A stretch of DNA of 64,000 nt from Escherichia phage vB_ESM-pEJ01. Both the position numbers and the translations under genes were made by a program. Shown here piece by piece: positions 1 through 10,923 of this stretch (position 1 is its first letter; every line of letters begins with the position of its first letter). Under the pieces are notes generated by a model. That model did no database searches, had not been told where the DNA came from, and saw only the letters and a list, made by a program, of their open reading frames with translations. The stretch is taken from the sequence record OP114734.1; one strand, given 5' to 3'.

Positions 1-36
1 GTAATAAATAAAACGGGTACTATACGAGGACTTCTT

Positions 37-291
37 ATGACAGAAGACATTTTGTTAAAACTCTATGATCGTCTGGATAACGAATTGGCAACATTGCGGG
101 GTGAAGTTCTCTATTTGTCTAAATGCAATACAGATCTGCTTAAGCAGATTGCAGAAAGGGATGATCAAATAAAATCCCTTTCAGGTGCATTACGTGATCG
201 CGACAAGGCATTAGAGATTTTACAGCGTGTTACCAATAAGGAAGAATTAAAAGACTTCTTACATGGTTATGCTCATGCTATCGATCTATAA
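37..291 (+). CDS. hypothetical small protein (84 aa, predicted coiled coil)
   Basis: ATG preceded by GAGGA; heptad-like charged/leucine pattern; followed by hairpin terminator; no family recognised. Confidence 0.4.
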   Translation: MTEDILLKLYDRLDNELATLRGEVLYLSKCNTDLLKQIAERDDQIKSLSGALRDRDKALEILQRVTNKEELKDFLHGYAHAIDL

Positions 292-295
292 TAAA

Positions 296-325
296 AAAGC
301 CCGTCATTGACGGGCTTAATTTTTA
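296..325. terminator. bidirectional intrinsic terminator hairpin between convergent ORFs
   Basis: stem AGCCCG/CGGGCT with 7-nt loop, A-run before and T-run after. Confidence 0.6.
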
Positions 326-1351
326 ATATGTATCAGCTAATTTAATTATGTTATCAAGTTCCGTGATTGGTAAAGTTTCTGTGTATCCATCTTTCAACAT
401 GGATTTATCAACAACGCCACAATGATAAGTTCTCTTTATTTCCTTTTCAAGTTCCCACGGAATCCAGCCATCAACACTTTGTTTGACGTAAACAAGTTTG
501 TGAACAAACTTAGATTTCTGCATATGTTGTTTCATTCTGGTTTCCGGTAATTCATTGGTTACACCAAACTTTATAAATTTATCATCTAACGTCTGGATAT
601 AAAAATATCCCATCTCAGATGGACGATAGCCAGAAGAACTACATTTCGGACACCCTTTAGCATTTCTGTTGAACGTACAATATCTTACGGAAAATTCTGC
701 ATCATGTTTTGTACATTTAAGTTTTATCCATGAATTTGCAGTACCTATCCATTCACCATCGACACCTATATATTCATACCCTAACTTTTTACATTTATCT
801 TCTATTCTAGATAGTGCATCTTCCACGGGAACGACATATTCCATCTTAAATTGTTCAGCCGCGCATTTCTGACAACCACATGTACCATGATTTTTAAAAT
901 CAAAGAACTTTGTATTCTTCCAAATATGGTCATGTTTCTTGCATCTAAGAATCATCTTAGTAATTTGTGATTTCCACCCACCAACAAATCCCAAAAATTC
1001 ATAATCAAGATCTTTACATTTTTCTTCAATGAATTTGGTTGCTTCCTCTTCTGTCATAACTCCCCTACATTGAGGGCAACCAACAATAACCTTTTTAGCA
1101 TAGAAACTATTACTGGAAACATCATAGACAGATCCATGCTTATTGCATTGGATAACAGATCTAGTCAATTTTCCTTTCCATTCTCCAGAAAATCCTAAAA
1201 ATGTATGGTCGACAAGTTTACACCTCTCAATAACTTTGTCCGCAAATTCTCTAGGAGATTTTGTTACTTTGTTTACTCTGTATTCTATTTCTTCCGGTTG
1301 ACGAAGATCATAAACGTGGGGATTGCTCCCCACGGAATTAATATTAAGCAT
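323..1351 (-). CDS. putative nuclease-like protein with three Zn-ribbon repeats and C-terminal GIY-YIG/T5orf172-like motif
   Basis: three ~55-aa repeats (Y-E-F-L-G-F..G-E-W..C.K-H..G-C-P-x-C); C-terminus GYFYI...KFGVT...R..QH; start moved to ATG at 1351 (RBS GGAAGGA), overlapping gene 2 stop. Confidence 0.5.
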   Translation of the reverse strand: MLNINSVGSNPHVYDLRQPEEIEYRVNKVTKSPREFADKVIERCKLVDHTFLGFSGEWKGKLTRSVIQCNKHGSVYDVSSNSFYAKKVIVGCPQCRGVMTEEEATKFIEEKCKDLDYEFLGFVGGWKSQITKMILRCKKHDHIWKNTKFFDFKNHGTCGCQKCAAEQFKMEYVVPVEDALSRIEDKCKKLGYEYIGVDGEWIGTANSWIKLKCTKHDAEFSVRYCTFNRNAKGCPKCSSSGYRPSEMGYFYIQTLDDKFIKFGVTNELPETRMKQHMQKSKFVHKLVYVKQSVDGWIPWELEKEIKRTYHCGVVDKSMLKDGYTETLPITELDNIIKLADTY

Positions 1352-2165
1352 CCTTCCACACCTTCCTTGCATCATAGTTTTTACCTTTAGAAACAAATTT
1401 ATATGTGTTAAGGTAGATAATATTGCTCCAGTCTTTCGGGCTAATCTCAACAAGTTTTGTTTTAATGTGTCCCGGTAGATATGCTTTGATCATGTGATCA
1501 CTTCCACGCATACCTTTTACATCGCTCCATTTGATTTTTAAGCGTGTTTTATTGCTCAAGGTAGGCGTAGATGCATATTGCTTTAAAAGTGCTTCCAGAA
1601 ACTGCTGACGGGCTTTAGGCGTTACATAGTGTAAGTTAAGACCCAACATTACAGTATTACCCGCCTTTGTCTTAGAATCACCCAGACAAATGATCAGCGG
1701 GAAAACATCCCAATATGGCAAAGTGTCTTTATACTTCGCATCATACATAAAGGTATAGATTCGCCCTACTTGCGGTTTTACAATCTGGTGTCCCTTTATT
1801 CCTGCTTTTATTGTTTTAGTAAACCACTCCTGTGATTTTTCTTTAGGACGACTCTTTGATACAGCACGCATAGACGCACGAAAATCATTAATCATCATCA
1901 TTGCGCGTTGCTGCTTATTGAGACCCTTTGCGCCTTTCCCTTTTAGTTTTTCAACTTCTATTGCTGTTTTAATTTCGCTGGCATAACGAGACATACTTTT
2001 AGTGAAAGTCGCATAGGCTACTCCCTTAGAATCTGCAAATGCTTTAGCTGTCATACCTTTGGCTTTTGCTTTCGCAAATTCTACACCCAATTCGACCCAC
2101 TGTTTAGACTTTCGCTTTTGGGGAGACGGCTTTTCGTCTTCTGTGATTATTTCAAATACGCTCAT
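1344..2165 (-). CDS. 2: DNA end-protector protein gp2
   Basis: 273 aa, lysine-rich N-terminus; position and orientation match T4 genes 2-4-53-5. Confidence 0.8.
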   Translation of the reverse strand: MSVFEIITEDEKPSPQKRKSKQWVELGVEFAKAKAKGMTAKAFADSKGVAYATFTKSMSRYASEIKTAIEVEKLKGKGAKGLNKQQRAMMMINDFRASMRAVSKSRPKEKSQEWFTKTIKAGIKGHQIVKPQVGRIYTFMYDAKYKDTLPYWDVFPLIICLGDSKTKAGNTVMLGLNLHYVTPKARQQFLEALLKQYASTPTLSNKTRLKIKWSDVKGMRGSDHMIKAYLPGHIKTKLVEISPKDWSNIIYLNTYKFVSKGKNYDARKVWKDA

Positions 2166-2176
2166 AATATTATCCT

Positions 2177-2650
2177 CTATTTGTTAAGCCCTTTAAAGCC
2201 AAATACTTTCTTTAATGCATGTTCGGTTATGATCTTAAACTCCATGTTATGCTTTTGGCATAATTTCACGGCAGCTAACCATTTTTCAGTATTTTTTGTG
2301 TACGTCCATACTTCATGCATATACCGTTGCTTTGTCTTCGCGGTCATTCTTTTTGGCTTTTCCGGTGGCCTTGTCTCTTTAGCTGGTTTAACTTCCCATA
2401 AATGCTCCTTGCCATCATCAAACTTAACGTAAAAATCCATAAAGTATCTGTGTCTTTTTCCGTCTGTTGATGACTCATAAGGAATTACTACGGTCTCAGA
2501 TCCCCATTTTGCAACTCTAGGATTGCGGTCTAGCCACTGCATGATCCATCTTTCCCAGCTTGAACGGTATGTGATTTTCCGTATATCCCCTTTATACTTT
2601 TCCTTATTCTCAGGAACATACTTGCCCTTATAAGTGTTAGATCCTCCCAT
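2177..2650 (-). CDS. 4: head completion protein gp4
   Basis: 157 aa; synteny between gene 2 and gene 53, divergent from gene 53. Confidence 0.7.
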   Translation of the reverse strand: MGGSNTYKGKYVPENKEKYKGDIRKITYRSSWERWIMQWLDRNPRVAKWGSETVVIPYESSTDGKRHRYFMDFYVKFDDGKEHLWEVKPAKETRPPEKPKRMTAKTKQRYMHEVWTYTKNTEKWLAAVKLCQKHNMEFKIITEHALKKVFGFKGLNK

Positions 2651-2665
2651 TTTAGCACCCTTTAT

Positions 2666-2673
2666 TATAAATA
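2666..2673 (+). promoter_or_regulatory. T4-type late promoter TATAAATA upstream of gene 53
   Basis: exact TATAAATA about 33 nt upstream of the gene 53 ATG. Confidence 0.5.
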
Positions 2674-2705
2674 CATAATACTATTTATCAATTGAGGGTG
2701 CTAAA

Positions 2706-3260
2706 ATGCTCTTTTCTTTCTTCCCTGCCATAGAATACAACGGCAAGATGATTACTGACATTGTGCGCAATTACCGCGCATATTTCAACGCAATAATTTC
2801 TGATTATAACATACAAACATATTACATTCAAGGTAGTCCACGACCGGAACAGGTTGCATATGAAGTATACGGAAACCAGCAACTTTATTGGATCTTGCTG
2901 ATGCTTAATGACGTATACGATCCGTTTCATGACTGGATCACCGATCAAGAGACAGCATATGAATCAGCCGAACAACGATATGCAAATGTAGGAGGAAATC
3001 AAGTATTATATCACGTTGATATTGACGGAAACAAGTATTGGAATCTTACCGAATATCCGAAAGGATCAAGCAATTGGTACGACAAAGGGGATATTCATCA
3101 CCGTCATTTGCAGTTTCATGGTGCACTGTCGGCGGTAGACACACTGGAAGATGCGATCCTCCGCAACGAGGAACGACGCAAGATCAAGATCATAGATCCT
3201 ACACAAATTAAACAATTTATTAACGCATTCATTCGAGAAATGGAAAAGGCTGATGTGTAA
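2706..3260 (+). CDS. 53: baseplate wedge protein gp53
   Basis: N-terminus MLF.FF..IEY and motifs YYIKGSPRPE, YGN.QLYW, KIKII match my recollection of T4 gp53; synteny. Confidence 0.85.
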   Translation: MLFSFFPAIEYNGKMITDIVRNYRAYFNAIISDYNIQTYYIQGSPRPEQVAYEVYGNQQLYWILLMLNDVYDPFHDWITDQETAYESAEQRYANVGGNQVLYHVDIDGNKYWNLTEYPKGSSNWYDKGDIHHRHLQFHGALSAVDTLEDAILRNEERRKIKIIDPTQIKQFINAFIREMEKADV

Positions 3261-3271
3261 GGTGATTAATT

Positions 3272-5071
3272 ATGCTAATGTTTAATAACTCCGTTAAATG
3301 GTTTACCGGAATTGTAGAAAACAGGGAAGACCCATTAATGTTAGGCCGAGTTCAGGTTAGGATTCATGGTATACATCCTTCGCTATCCGCACACGGTGAC
3401 ATTCAAGGTCTTCCAACCGAAGATCTATTATGGATTACTCCAGTACAAGATATTACAAGCGCGGCGATCTCCGGTATAGGTCAAAGCCCTACTGGTATTG
3501 TTGAAGGTTCAATGGTATTTGGTTTGGCCTTAGATGAACGTTATTTAAACTGCGTTATTCTGGGTACTATTGCCGGACAATATACAGAGAAACCACTCAC
3601 TACAGAAGGTTTTTGCGACCCTTCTGGTGCATATCCGCGTTATATTGGTAATGATGTTAATATTCTTGCTCGTGGTGGTATTAACCCAGAAACCGGACAA
3701 ACAACAAAACCTGATAGTGTCTATATTCGAGATGAAAACACTGGAGTTGCAGTAAATCCAGACGACGAGCCATTAGACCAAATTCCGGTTGACGATAACC
3801 CAGAATACACAATAGAAAAAATGCTGCGGGGCGATGAGGGATATCGCGAGAAATGGTATCTTGATTCAGAAGGATATCCGACAATAGGCATCGGGCATTT
3901 GATCATTTATAAGAAAACCAGTGATCTGGGTATTATCAATAATGAACTTTCTAAGCTGGTAGGGCGTGAAGTTACAAACGGAAGACTTACCGCCGAAGAA
4001 GTTAGCAAAGTATTTGCTGACGATATAGAAAAGACTCGCCGTGATATGCGTAAACATCCACGCATTGCACCAGTTTATAATAAATGTAATGCTTCTCGTC
4101 GTATGGCATTAGAAAACATGGCGTTTCAAATGGGCGTAGGCGGATTGGGTAAATTTAAAAATAGTCTCGCTGCAATGTTAGCAGAAGACTGGAAAAAAGC
4201 CTATGATGGATTGCGTCAATCAGTATGGGCTAATCAAACTCCAGGACGTTCTAGCCGTGTTTCTAAAATTATTCTTACTGGTAACTTAGAATCATATGGC
4301 GTAATTGCTCCAAAGAAAGAGGAATCAATTTCGGATGATCCGCGAGCACGTTTGAGAAATGCCCGTATTGCTGCCTATAAGACGCAGAGAGCAGAAGAAG
4401 ACCCAGAAGCACCGTTTACCCCACAAGACACACGAATCATGTTTAAAGAGCCTAAGAGTTCGTATTCTGCAAGGTATCCATATAACCATGTGTACGAGTC
4501 AGAGAGCGGTCATATTATCGAGATTGATGATACTCCTTCTCATGAGCGATATCATCGTAAACATCCTTCTGGTACATTTGAAGAAACCAGACCGGACGGA
4601 ACGAGGGTAGAAAAGATTGAAGGCGATGATTATCTGATCGTTAAACAAGGCCGGAAAGTAAACGTCAAGGGTAATTTGCAAGTTGTTGTTGAAGGTGACG
4701 CGCAAGTTTATTATATGGGTAATGTGATGCAAACCGTTGATGGTAACGTCACTGAATTTATTCGTGGCAATGTTAATCAGACCGTTGAAGGTACTGCTAA
4801 CATGCATGTTGTTGGTGATGTTATCGCACAGCTTGACGCTAATTTGACGGCTAACGTCAAGGGTAATGCTGAATTAATGATCGATGGTAACACTACCGAA
4901 ACAATTAAAGGTAACTATGATTTAACCGTTGAGGGTAATTTTAATATGACAGTCAATGGCACTAAATCAGATCAGGTTAATGGTGACTGGTCCCGTAATT
5001 GTGGTGCAAGCGTTAAAGATATTGCATCTGGTACAGTTAAAATTGATGGTAGCCGTATTGATCTTGGGTGA
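3272..5071 (+). CDS. 5: baseplate central spike / tail lysozyme gp5
   Basis: N-terminal OB region (WF.G.VE...LGRV.VR.HG), central T4-lysozyme-like domain (EGY..KWYLDSEGYPTIGIGHL), C-terminal beta-helix octapeptide repeats (V.G.). Confidence 0.95.
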   Translation: MLMFNNSVKWFTGIVENREDPLMLGRVQVRIHGIHPSLSAHGDIQGLPTEDLLWITPVQDITSAAISGIGQSPTGIVEGSMVFGLALDERYLNCVILGTIAGQYTEKPLTTEGFCDPSGAYPRYIGNDVNILARGGINPETGQTTKPDSVYIRDENTGVAVNPDDEPLDQIPVDDNPEYTIEKMLRGDEGYREKWYLDSEGYPTIGIGHLIIYKKTSDLGIINNELSKLVGREVTNGRLTAEEVSKVFADDIEKTRRDMRKHPRIAPVYNKCNASRRMALENMAFQMGVGGLGKFKNSLAAMLAEDWKKAYDGLRQSVWANQTPGRSSRVSKIILTGNLESYGVIAPKKEESISDDPRARLRNARIAAYKTQRAEEDPEAPFTPQDTRIMFKEPKSSYSARYPYNHVYESESGHIIEIDDTPSHERYHRKHPSGTFEETRPDGTRVEKIEGDDYLIVKQGRKVNVKGNLQVVVEGDAQVYYMGNVMQTVDGNVTEFIRGNVNQTVEGTANMHVVGDVIAQLDANLTANVKGNAELMIDGNTTETIKGNYDLTVEGNFNMTVNGTKSDQVNGDWSRNCGASVKDIASGTVKIDGSRIDLG

Positions 5072-5079
5072 GGTAACTA

Positions 5080-5646
5080 ATGGTTGAAATTCTTCCGATG
5101 AGTTCAAAATTGGAGGATATCAGCGAGCGAGAAATCTTTGAGGTGGTGTTCTCTTATAAAGCAACGCCACCGGATGCAAATACCACATACACGATTAAAG
5201 AGTTTAAGATCAGCGAGTATCGCCCTAATAAGGGCGTTACCGTTGAAGAAACTAAAATATCTGGTGAGTATCGGGATAGTTTTTCGCTTGGCGCGGATTC
5301 TCTTAAATATATAACGAAAGATAGAATTAAAAAATCTGCCGGAAGTTTTGATGATTTACCAGATCCAACTACCGCAGATCTATATTATTTTAACGCTCCT
5401 ACACGTCTACAGGAGGTTTATACTTATAAAGTAACCCTAACCTATATCCAATCTGTTTCAGAGTCTTCTGGTGGTTCCGGTGAAGGAAATAGTGGTGGTT
5501 CCAATAGCCGAGAGGGTGCTGGTGAAACTAATCCGCCTCCGGTAGTAACCGAGCACACAATAGAGAAAGTTTATACTCAAACCGTTTTTGGAAATTGGGA
5601 TGTGTGGAGTAAACAGTTAAGAGATTATGTACATAGGGGTGTTTAA
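5080..5646 (+). CDS. hypothetical protein at the gene 5.1 position
   Basis: 188 aa, RBS GAGGT, Gly/Ser-rich linker; position between gene 5 and the PAAR gene. Confidence 0.5.
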   Translation: MVEILPMSSKLEDISEREIFEVVFSYKATPPDANTTYTIKEFKISEYRPNKGVTVEETKISGEYRDSFSLGADSLKYITKDRIKKSAGSFDDLPDPTTADLYYFNAPTRLQEVYTYKVTLTYIQSVSESSGGSGEGNSGGSNSREGAGETNPPPVVTEHTIEKVYTQTVFGNWDVWSKQLRDYVHRGV

Positions 5647-5939
5647 TGGCTGGATTATCCTACGATAAAGCTAAAACTACAGGGCACGGAAACTACCCAC
5701 CTACGGTAATTAATGCAACTCAATCTAAGGTATTTGTTGAGGGTATCCCTGTATTAGTCGAAGGAGACCCAATTACACCACATACAAAAACAACAAAGCC
5801 TTATGATACACACGGGGGAACTACGGTCGCCAGTACCCCGAAAGTATTTGTTACCGGAAAGAAAGCAATTCAAATGGCAGATCGTATTAGCTGTGGCGAT
5901 ACCGTCGCTATGGCATCACCGAAGGTATTCATAAAATGA
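5646..5939 (+). CDS. 5.4: PAAR-repeat spike tip protein gp5.4
   Basis: 97 aa, same length as T4 gp5.4; start overlaps upstream stop (TAATG); immediately downstream of gene 5. Confidence 0.8.
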   Translation: MAGLSYDKAKTTGHGNYPPTVINATQSKVFVEGIPVLVEGDPITPHTKTTKPYDTHGGTTVASTPKVFVTGKKAIQMADRISCGDTVAMASPKVFIK

Positions 5940-7840
5940 CAAAGCAAAAGATTACACAAATTCCTGATATTTTTAATGCTGCTACATTCGATGAAATTAA
6001 AAGCGCATTAACAGACTGGATGAGAAACCAGGAAGAATTTAAAGATTTTGATTTTAATGGTGCTGGTATTAACGTATTGATGGACTTGCTCGCATATAAC
6101 ACTCTGTATATTCAGCAATTCGCTAACGCCGCGCTATATGAATCTTTTATCAGAACGGCAATTAAGCGTAGTTCAGTTGTTCAAGCCGCGCAAGATTTAG
6201 GATATTTGCCAGCAAGTAAAACTAGTGCATCGACTACAATTATGTTGCACGTAACACATCCGCGAAATCCGGCAAGTATTCGAATCCCACGAGGAACTAA
6301 ATTTATTGCAAGTGTGGATCGCCAGACTTCTTACCCGTTTGTGACTACAGAAGACGTTGTGAGCGTTTTAGGTTCAAATGGTTTATATACGCCTATGCTT
6401 AAAGTCGCACAAGGTCGTATTGTTCGTACAGAGATGTTATTTGATCCGAAGAAACAAATTCTGATCCGCGATCCTGATATTGACCGCGCTCAGGTTAAGT
6501 TGTGGGTAGATGGTGCTGAATGGAAAGACTGGACGCGAGAAAGTATTGTTAATGCAACTGGCGCTAGTAATATTTTCTATATGCGTGAAACCGTAGACGG
6601 ACATACTGAAATTTTCTTTGGTGAGGGTGAATCAACTTTATCTGCCGCTGGCGGTGCACTGGAAGCAAATTATATTGGTGGACTTAAGCCGTCAACTGGT
6701 GCTAATATTGTTATCGAATATATCAGCACTAAAGGCGCGGAAGCAAACGGTTCAGTTAATTTCACATACGCGGATACATTGGCATCAATTTCTATTGTTA
6801 AAATTATTGATAATCCGACAAATGATCGTGATTATGTCGGTGCAGATGGTGGTGGTGATCCTGAATCAATCGAACGTATCCGTGAACTTGCTCCGGTAAT
6901 GCGTGAATCTCAGCGTCGTTGTGTGACTGCTTCCGACTATGAGGCTTTTGTGTCTAGCCGTTTTGGTAGTATTGTTCAGGCGGTACAATGTTTCACCGAC
7001 CGAGAAAAACCGGGTTATGCTTTTGTTGCTGTTAAGCCTAAATCTGGCTTGCGCTTGACAACCGTTCAAAAAGAAGATATGCGGGATTATCTGGCAAAAT
7101 ATAACCTTGCCCCTATCACGCCGAGCATCATTGACCCAAACTATCTGTATATTAAACAGAATATTAAAGTTTCCTATTCAATCAATGACTTATCAGAATC
7201 AGAGCAGTGGCTGCGCGGTGCGGTTATTGATCAGATTGATGCATATTATACCGACGAAGTGGAAATTTTTAACCAGACCTTTAGTAAGTCTAAAATGCTT
7301 GCGCGTATTGACAAAGCTGATGTATCTGTGATAGGTTCTAGTGCAGAAATCGAGATGGTGCGAGAGATCGACAACTTCTATAAAGCACCGATGGCTGGAA
7401 TCAAGTTTTTAAACCAGTATAAGAGCGGAATCAAGTCTAGTTCATTCAACTTCGAAAAGGACGACAAGCAATATCCAATCCATTATGTAAGTACAGAAAT
7501 GAACAAAGAATCCGGTTTAGCTAAATTGCTGGTTGGACCTTTCCCTGTTGATTCTACAATCGCTTTACCGCACTATTCCGGCACTGATTTTGATAAAGAG
7601 GTTATTGACGGGGCGGACCTATACTTTGAGGTTGGAGAGGTTCAGCATTATGACGACCTTATTTCATGGGATCTGGGTAAACTGAATATCAATAGCGATC
7701 GCTTTACTGGTTCATATATTGAGTTGACAGCTAAACCGATTGCTGATAACATCTTTACTAAAGACGGTTCTTTGATCGTGTTTGAAAACGATCTCCGTCC
7801 TCAGTACACAACTATTAGTCTGGAGGCAATTGCTCAATGA
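5936..7840 (+). CDS. 6: baseplate wedge protein gp6
   Basis: 634 aa; synteny 5-6-7-8; ATGA overlap with neighbours. Confidence 0.9.
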   Translation: MTKQKITQIPDIFNAATFDEIKSALTDWMRNQEEFKDFDFNGAGINVLMDLLAYNTLYIQQFANAALYESFIRTAIKRSSVVQAAQDLGYLPASKTSASTTIMLHVTHPRNPASIRIPRGTKFIASVDRQTSYPFVTTEDVVSVLGSNGLYTPMLKVAQGRIVRTEMLFDPKKQILIRDPDIDRAQVKLWVDGAEWKDWTRESIVNATGASNIFYMRETVDGHTEIFFGEGESTLSAAGGALEANYIGGLKPSTGANIVIEYISTKGAEANGSVNFTYADTLASISIVKIIDNPTNDRDYVGADGGGDPESIERIRELAPVMRESQRRCVTASDYEAFVSSRFGSIVQAVQCFTDREKPGYAFVAVKPKSGLRLTTVQKEDMRDYLAKYNLAPITPSIIDPNYLYIKQNIKVSYSINDLSESEQWLRGAVIDQIDAYYTDEVEIFNQTFSKSKMLARIDKADVSVIGSSAEIEMVREIDNFYKAPMAGIKFLNQYKSGIKSSSFNFEKDDKQYPIHYVSTEMNKESGLAKLLVGPFPVDSTIALPHYSGTDFDKEVIDGADLYFEVGEVQHYDDLISWDLGKLNINSDRFTGSYIELTAKPIADNIFTKDGSLIVFENDLRPQYTTISLEAIAQ

Positions 7841-10800
7841 TTAAAGCGCCTAGTGTAACTAGCTTGACAATAGAAAAATTGTCTGCTAATCAGGCGTATA
7901 TCACATGGGATGACGTAGGCGAAAACTTCTTTTATTTTGTGGAGTTAGCCGAAACCAGAACACGAGACGGGGAGATCATCCCCGTCGATGAGTTAAGCTG
8001 GGTAAACCTGGGATATACTGCCGAACAAAACTGGTTTGAGGATAAAAACCTTTTTCCAGAATATTATTACAAGTTTCGTGTAGCAGTAGCCGCAGAAGGA
8101 TTTGAACAAAGTAAATGGGTTGAGACAGAAGAGTTTCAGACATTTAAAACAAACGCATATAATTTTTCTATGATGCGAGAGTTCAACCTTGCAAACGAGT
8201 TTATAAAGGAAAAATTTACATACGATAATCGAGAGTATGTCAAGTTTAATACTGACCTGATTCAAGCATCATTGATGAAGGAAGATTTTGTCTTTAGTCC
8301 TGAATATGCAAACATGACAAATATCTCAAACTACATTGTAGTTGATGAGAACTTTCATGAAATACAGGACCACATAGAAAAAGTTTGTACTGATATAAAC
8401 CGCACTATGTTAGCGGAAATGAACGGTGTTTTGTACCTTTTCGAACGGTTCCAGCCGATCGTGAAAGTGTCAAATGATAAAGGCCAATCATGGAAAGCAT
8501 ACAAGGCTTTTAATGACCGTGTAGGCAATCCGGTTTCCCGTACATGCGTTTATCAGTCTAAAACCACTACTTACGTTTTAGGATATGACCGAATCTTTTA
8601 CGGACGACAAGCGAACGATACTCGATGGAGCGCGGACGATGTTCGATTTAGTGATGATACGATCACTTTTGCAAAGGTCGGTGACGAAAACGATTTAGGC
8701 TTTGACGTTGAGGTCTTTGGTGTATTTTCCAGATTAACAGGTGATACCACAAAATACGCCGAAGCTATGGCGTGTAGTGATGACTATTTGTGGGTTGGTG
8801 CTAAAGATGTTATTCGCCGGATTCGTCTTAAGAATACTCCTGTTGATACCGTACAGGGTTCGCCTACGTTTGGAGAAAAAATATTCGATCCTGATGTTAT
8901 CCGAGTAACAGGAAATGATAAAGCTGTCATTCAGAAAATGGATGTGATCGACGGTAAATTGCTTGTATTTGTTACGGGTGAAGTTAAACAGCGTTATCAA
9001 GATCCAACTAAACCAGAAAACGTTGTTCCGTCAGATGATGCGGGTGTATACTTAATAGGGAGTGATGGTCTGTCTTTTCAGAGAGTATTTGGCAACACTC
9101 CGCAGGAAAGGGAATATATTCAGCATGGGTTCAGTAATATGTCAACCAATGGTGATGAGGTGTTCATAAGCCATTATAATCATCACTTCGAAAGCATTTT
9201 ACCTGATCCAGAAACTGCCGAGAAATATGAATTGGGAGAAGCTGTAAAATATTCTCATGAGCCAACTTATCTAACTGATAAGAAAATACATCAAACTACT
9301 TTCAGAGCAAGTTATGATGATTTGCGTATTTGGGAGTTAGGACCGCAAGCGTATTATAATGAGGCCGATTATACATGGATGCGTCGAAACGGTGTCCGTG
9401 TGTGGATCACAAATGATAATCGCCCGTTGGTTGTTTATCCAGAGGTTATCTATACTCAAGAAGTTGATACATCTGGCATTCTTGACCAAAATAGGATCAA
9501 CCGAGAAGTTTATGATAAAGGGACCGTGACCTGTTATCTTAACAATGTTAAATTTGAAGGATTCAAACAATATGCATCCGGTGTAATGTTCCATAAAAAC
9601 ACAGGAGAGATCATAGGATTCTATCAATTTAATTATCGTGTTCGTGATCAGGTTGGTGTATATTGGAAACCTACAAATGTAGCATTTGTTGCTGAATTGC
9701 AAAATCAGGTTCGAGAGGTTCCCTGGGTTCCGGTTCACTACGATCGAGAGCAAGATCCAGATTTGCGGCCTTTACTGAATAAGATGACCCCTGATAGCTT
9801 TTTACTTGAGAACGAAAATTTCAGAAAATTCTCTGAATATTATCTGCAATTCTTAAGTGATGGTTCAGGAACATATTATAATAAACTAAAAAATCTGATT
9901 AAAAACAAATATCCACGCGAGCAAGATGCATATGAGTATCTTTGTTCAGAGATGAACAAACGAAACATCTATGCAGATAAAAACAAGCGAGATGCGGTCG
10001 TAAGATTCTTTGAATCCCGCAAATCAGATTTTTATTCCACTAAAGGCGTGGAGGCTTCTTATAAGTTCTTGTTTAAGCTACTTTATAATGAAGATGTGGA
10101 AATTGAGGTTGAATCACAAGCCGGACTAGAGTATGATATTGTTGTTAGTTCAACGAACATTGACGAGGATATCGTAGGTCGCACGATTTATACTCCAACC
10201 GGACGGGCTAACGTGACGTATCTTGAAAGGGAATATGAAGGTGGTCGCCTACGCTGGCGAGTAACCATTCATAACCTGATCGGGCGGTTCGAAGAAGGAC
10301 AAGTGATCAAATCAGAGAAAACAGCGTTTGAAGGGATGATCCTTGTTGGTGTACGTGGTAAAGAGTTGTTGAGTAGTTCAATCGACTATATCAACCGATC
10401 ACGAAGCCAATACACCATGAAGATTAAAAGTGCATTGCCAGTTTCGCGCTATGCAAATGATGTAATGCGATTCGTTCATCCTGTCGGCTTTGGGTTTATC
10501 GGTGTTACCCTGCTTACAATGTTCATTAACAGCGGGTTAAGCATGAAGCACACCGAGACTATAATTCAATCTCTGAAAAATTATAAGTTTGACAGCGGAT
10601 TGCCTAGCGTGTATCCTGATCGGGTGGCAGACCTTGACGTTGACGGAAACATTAAGAAAGACCCGCTTACCGGAAAAGCATTATATTTGACTTCACCTTT
10701 AATCGGTGATGAATTTCCGGTTCCTCCTGAATATGATCAGGAGAACAGCGAATTGTTCCACGGACTTAAAGCAAGCGAACGAAGATTTGCAATGAGTCCA

Positions 10801-10923
10801 CTGTTTGACCAGTCGGCGGTAACATTCTCTATGTTCCGTGAGCTTGTGGATAAACGGTTGAAGGATAATATAGGGAATCCACGCGATCCGAAGAATCCGA
10901 CACAGAGGAAAATTAATGGCTAA
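7837..10923 (+). CDS. 7: baseplate wedge protein gp7
   Basis: 1028 aa (T4 gp7 is about 1030 aa); synteny. Confidence 0.9.
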   Translation: MIKAPSVTSLTIEKLSANQAYITWDDVGENFFYFVELAETRTRDGEIIPVDELSWVNLGYTAEQNWFEDKNLFPEYYYKFRVAVAAEGFEQSKWVETEEFQTFKTNAYNFSMMREFNLANEFIKEKFTYDNREYVKFNTDLIQASLMKEDFVFSPEYANMTNISNYIVVDENFHEIQDHIEKVCTDINRTMLAEMNGVLYLFERFQPIVKVSNDKGQSWKAYKAFNDRVGNPVSRTCVYQSKTTTYVLGYDRIFYGRQANDTRWSADDVRFSDDTITFAKVGDENDLGFDVEVFGVFSRLTGDTTKYAEAMACSDDYLWVGAKDVIRRIRLKNTPVDTVQGSPTFGEKIFDPDVIRVTGNDKAVIQKMDVIDGKLLVFVTGEVKQRYQDPTKPENVVPSDDAGVYLIGSDGLSFQRVFGNTPQEREYIQHGFSNMSTNGDEVFISHYNHHFESILPDPETAEKYELGEAVKYSHEPTYLTDKKIHQTTFRASYDDLRIWELGPQAYYNEADYTWMRRNGVRVWITNDNRPLVVYPEVIYTQEVDTSGILDQNRINREVYDKGTVTCYLNNVKFEGFKQYASGVMFHKNTGEIIGFYQFNYRVRDQVGVYWKPTNVAFVAELQNQVREVPWVPVHYDREQDPDLRPLLNKMTPDSFLLENENFRKFSEYYLQFLSDGSGTYYNKLKNLIKNKYPREQDAYEYLCSEMNKRNIYADKNKRDAVVRFFESRKSDFYSTKGVEASYKFLFKLLYNEDVEIEVESQAGLEYDIVVSSTNIDEDIVGRTIYTPTGRANVTYLEREYEGGRLRWRVTIHNLIGRFEEGQVIKSEKTAFEGMILVGVRGKELLSSSIDYINRSRSQYTMKIKSALPVSRYANDVMRFVHPVGFGFIGVTLLTMFINSGLSMKHTETIIQSLKNYKFDSGLPSVYPDRVADLDVDGNIKKDPLTGKALYLTSPLIGDEFPVPPEYDQENSELFHGLKASERRFAMSPLFDQSAVTFSMFRELVDKRLKDNIGNPRDPKNPTQRKING

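Noticed and set aside
669-872. Many track ORFs lying antisense inside well-supported genes (for example 669-872, 3570-4057, 9337-9753, 25334-26162, 30054-30446, 31387-31854, 32170-33066, 51128-52582, 36053-36406)
   Set aside because: They are embedded opposite long conserved genes, lack ribosome-binding sites, and have low-complexity or hydrophobic translations typical of antisense frames.
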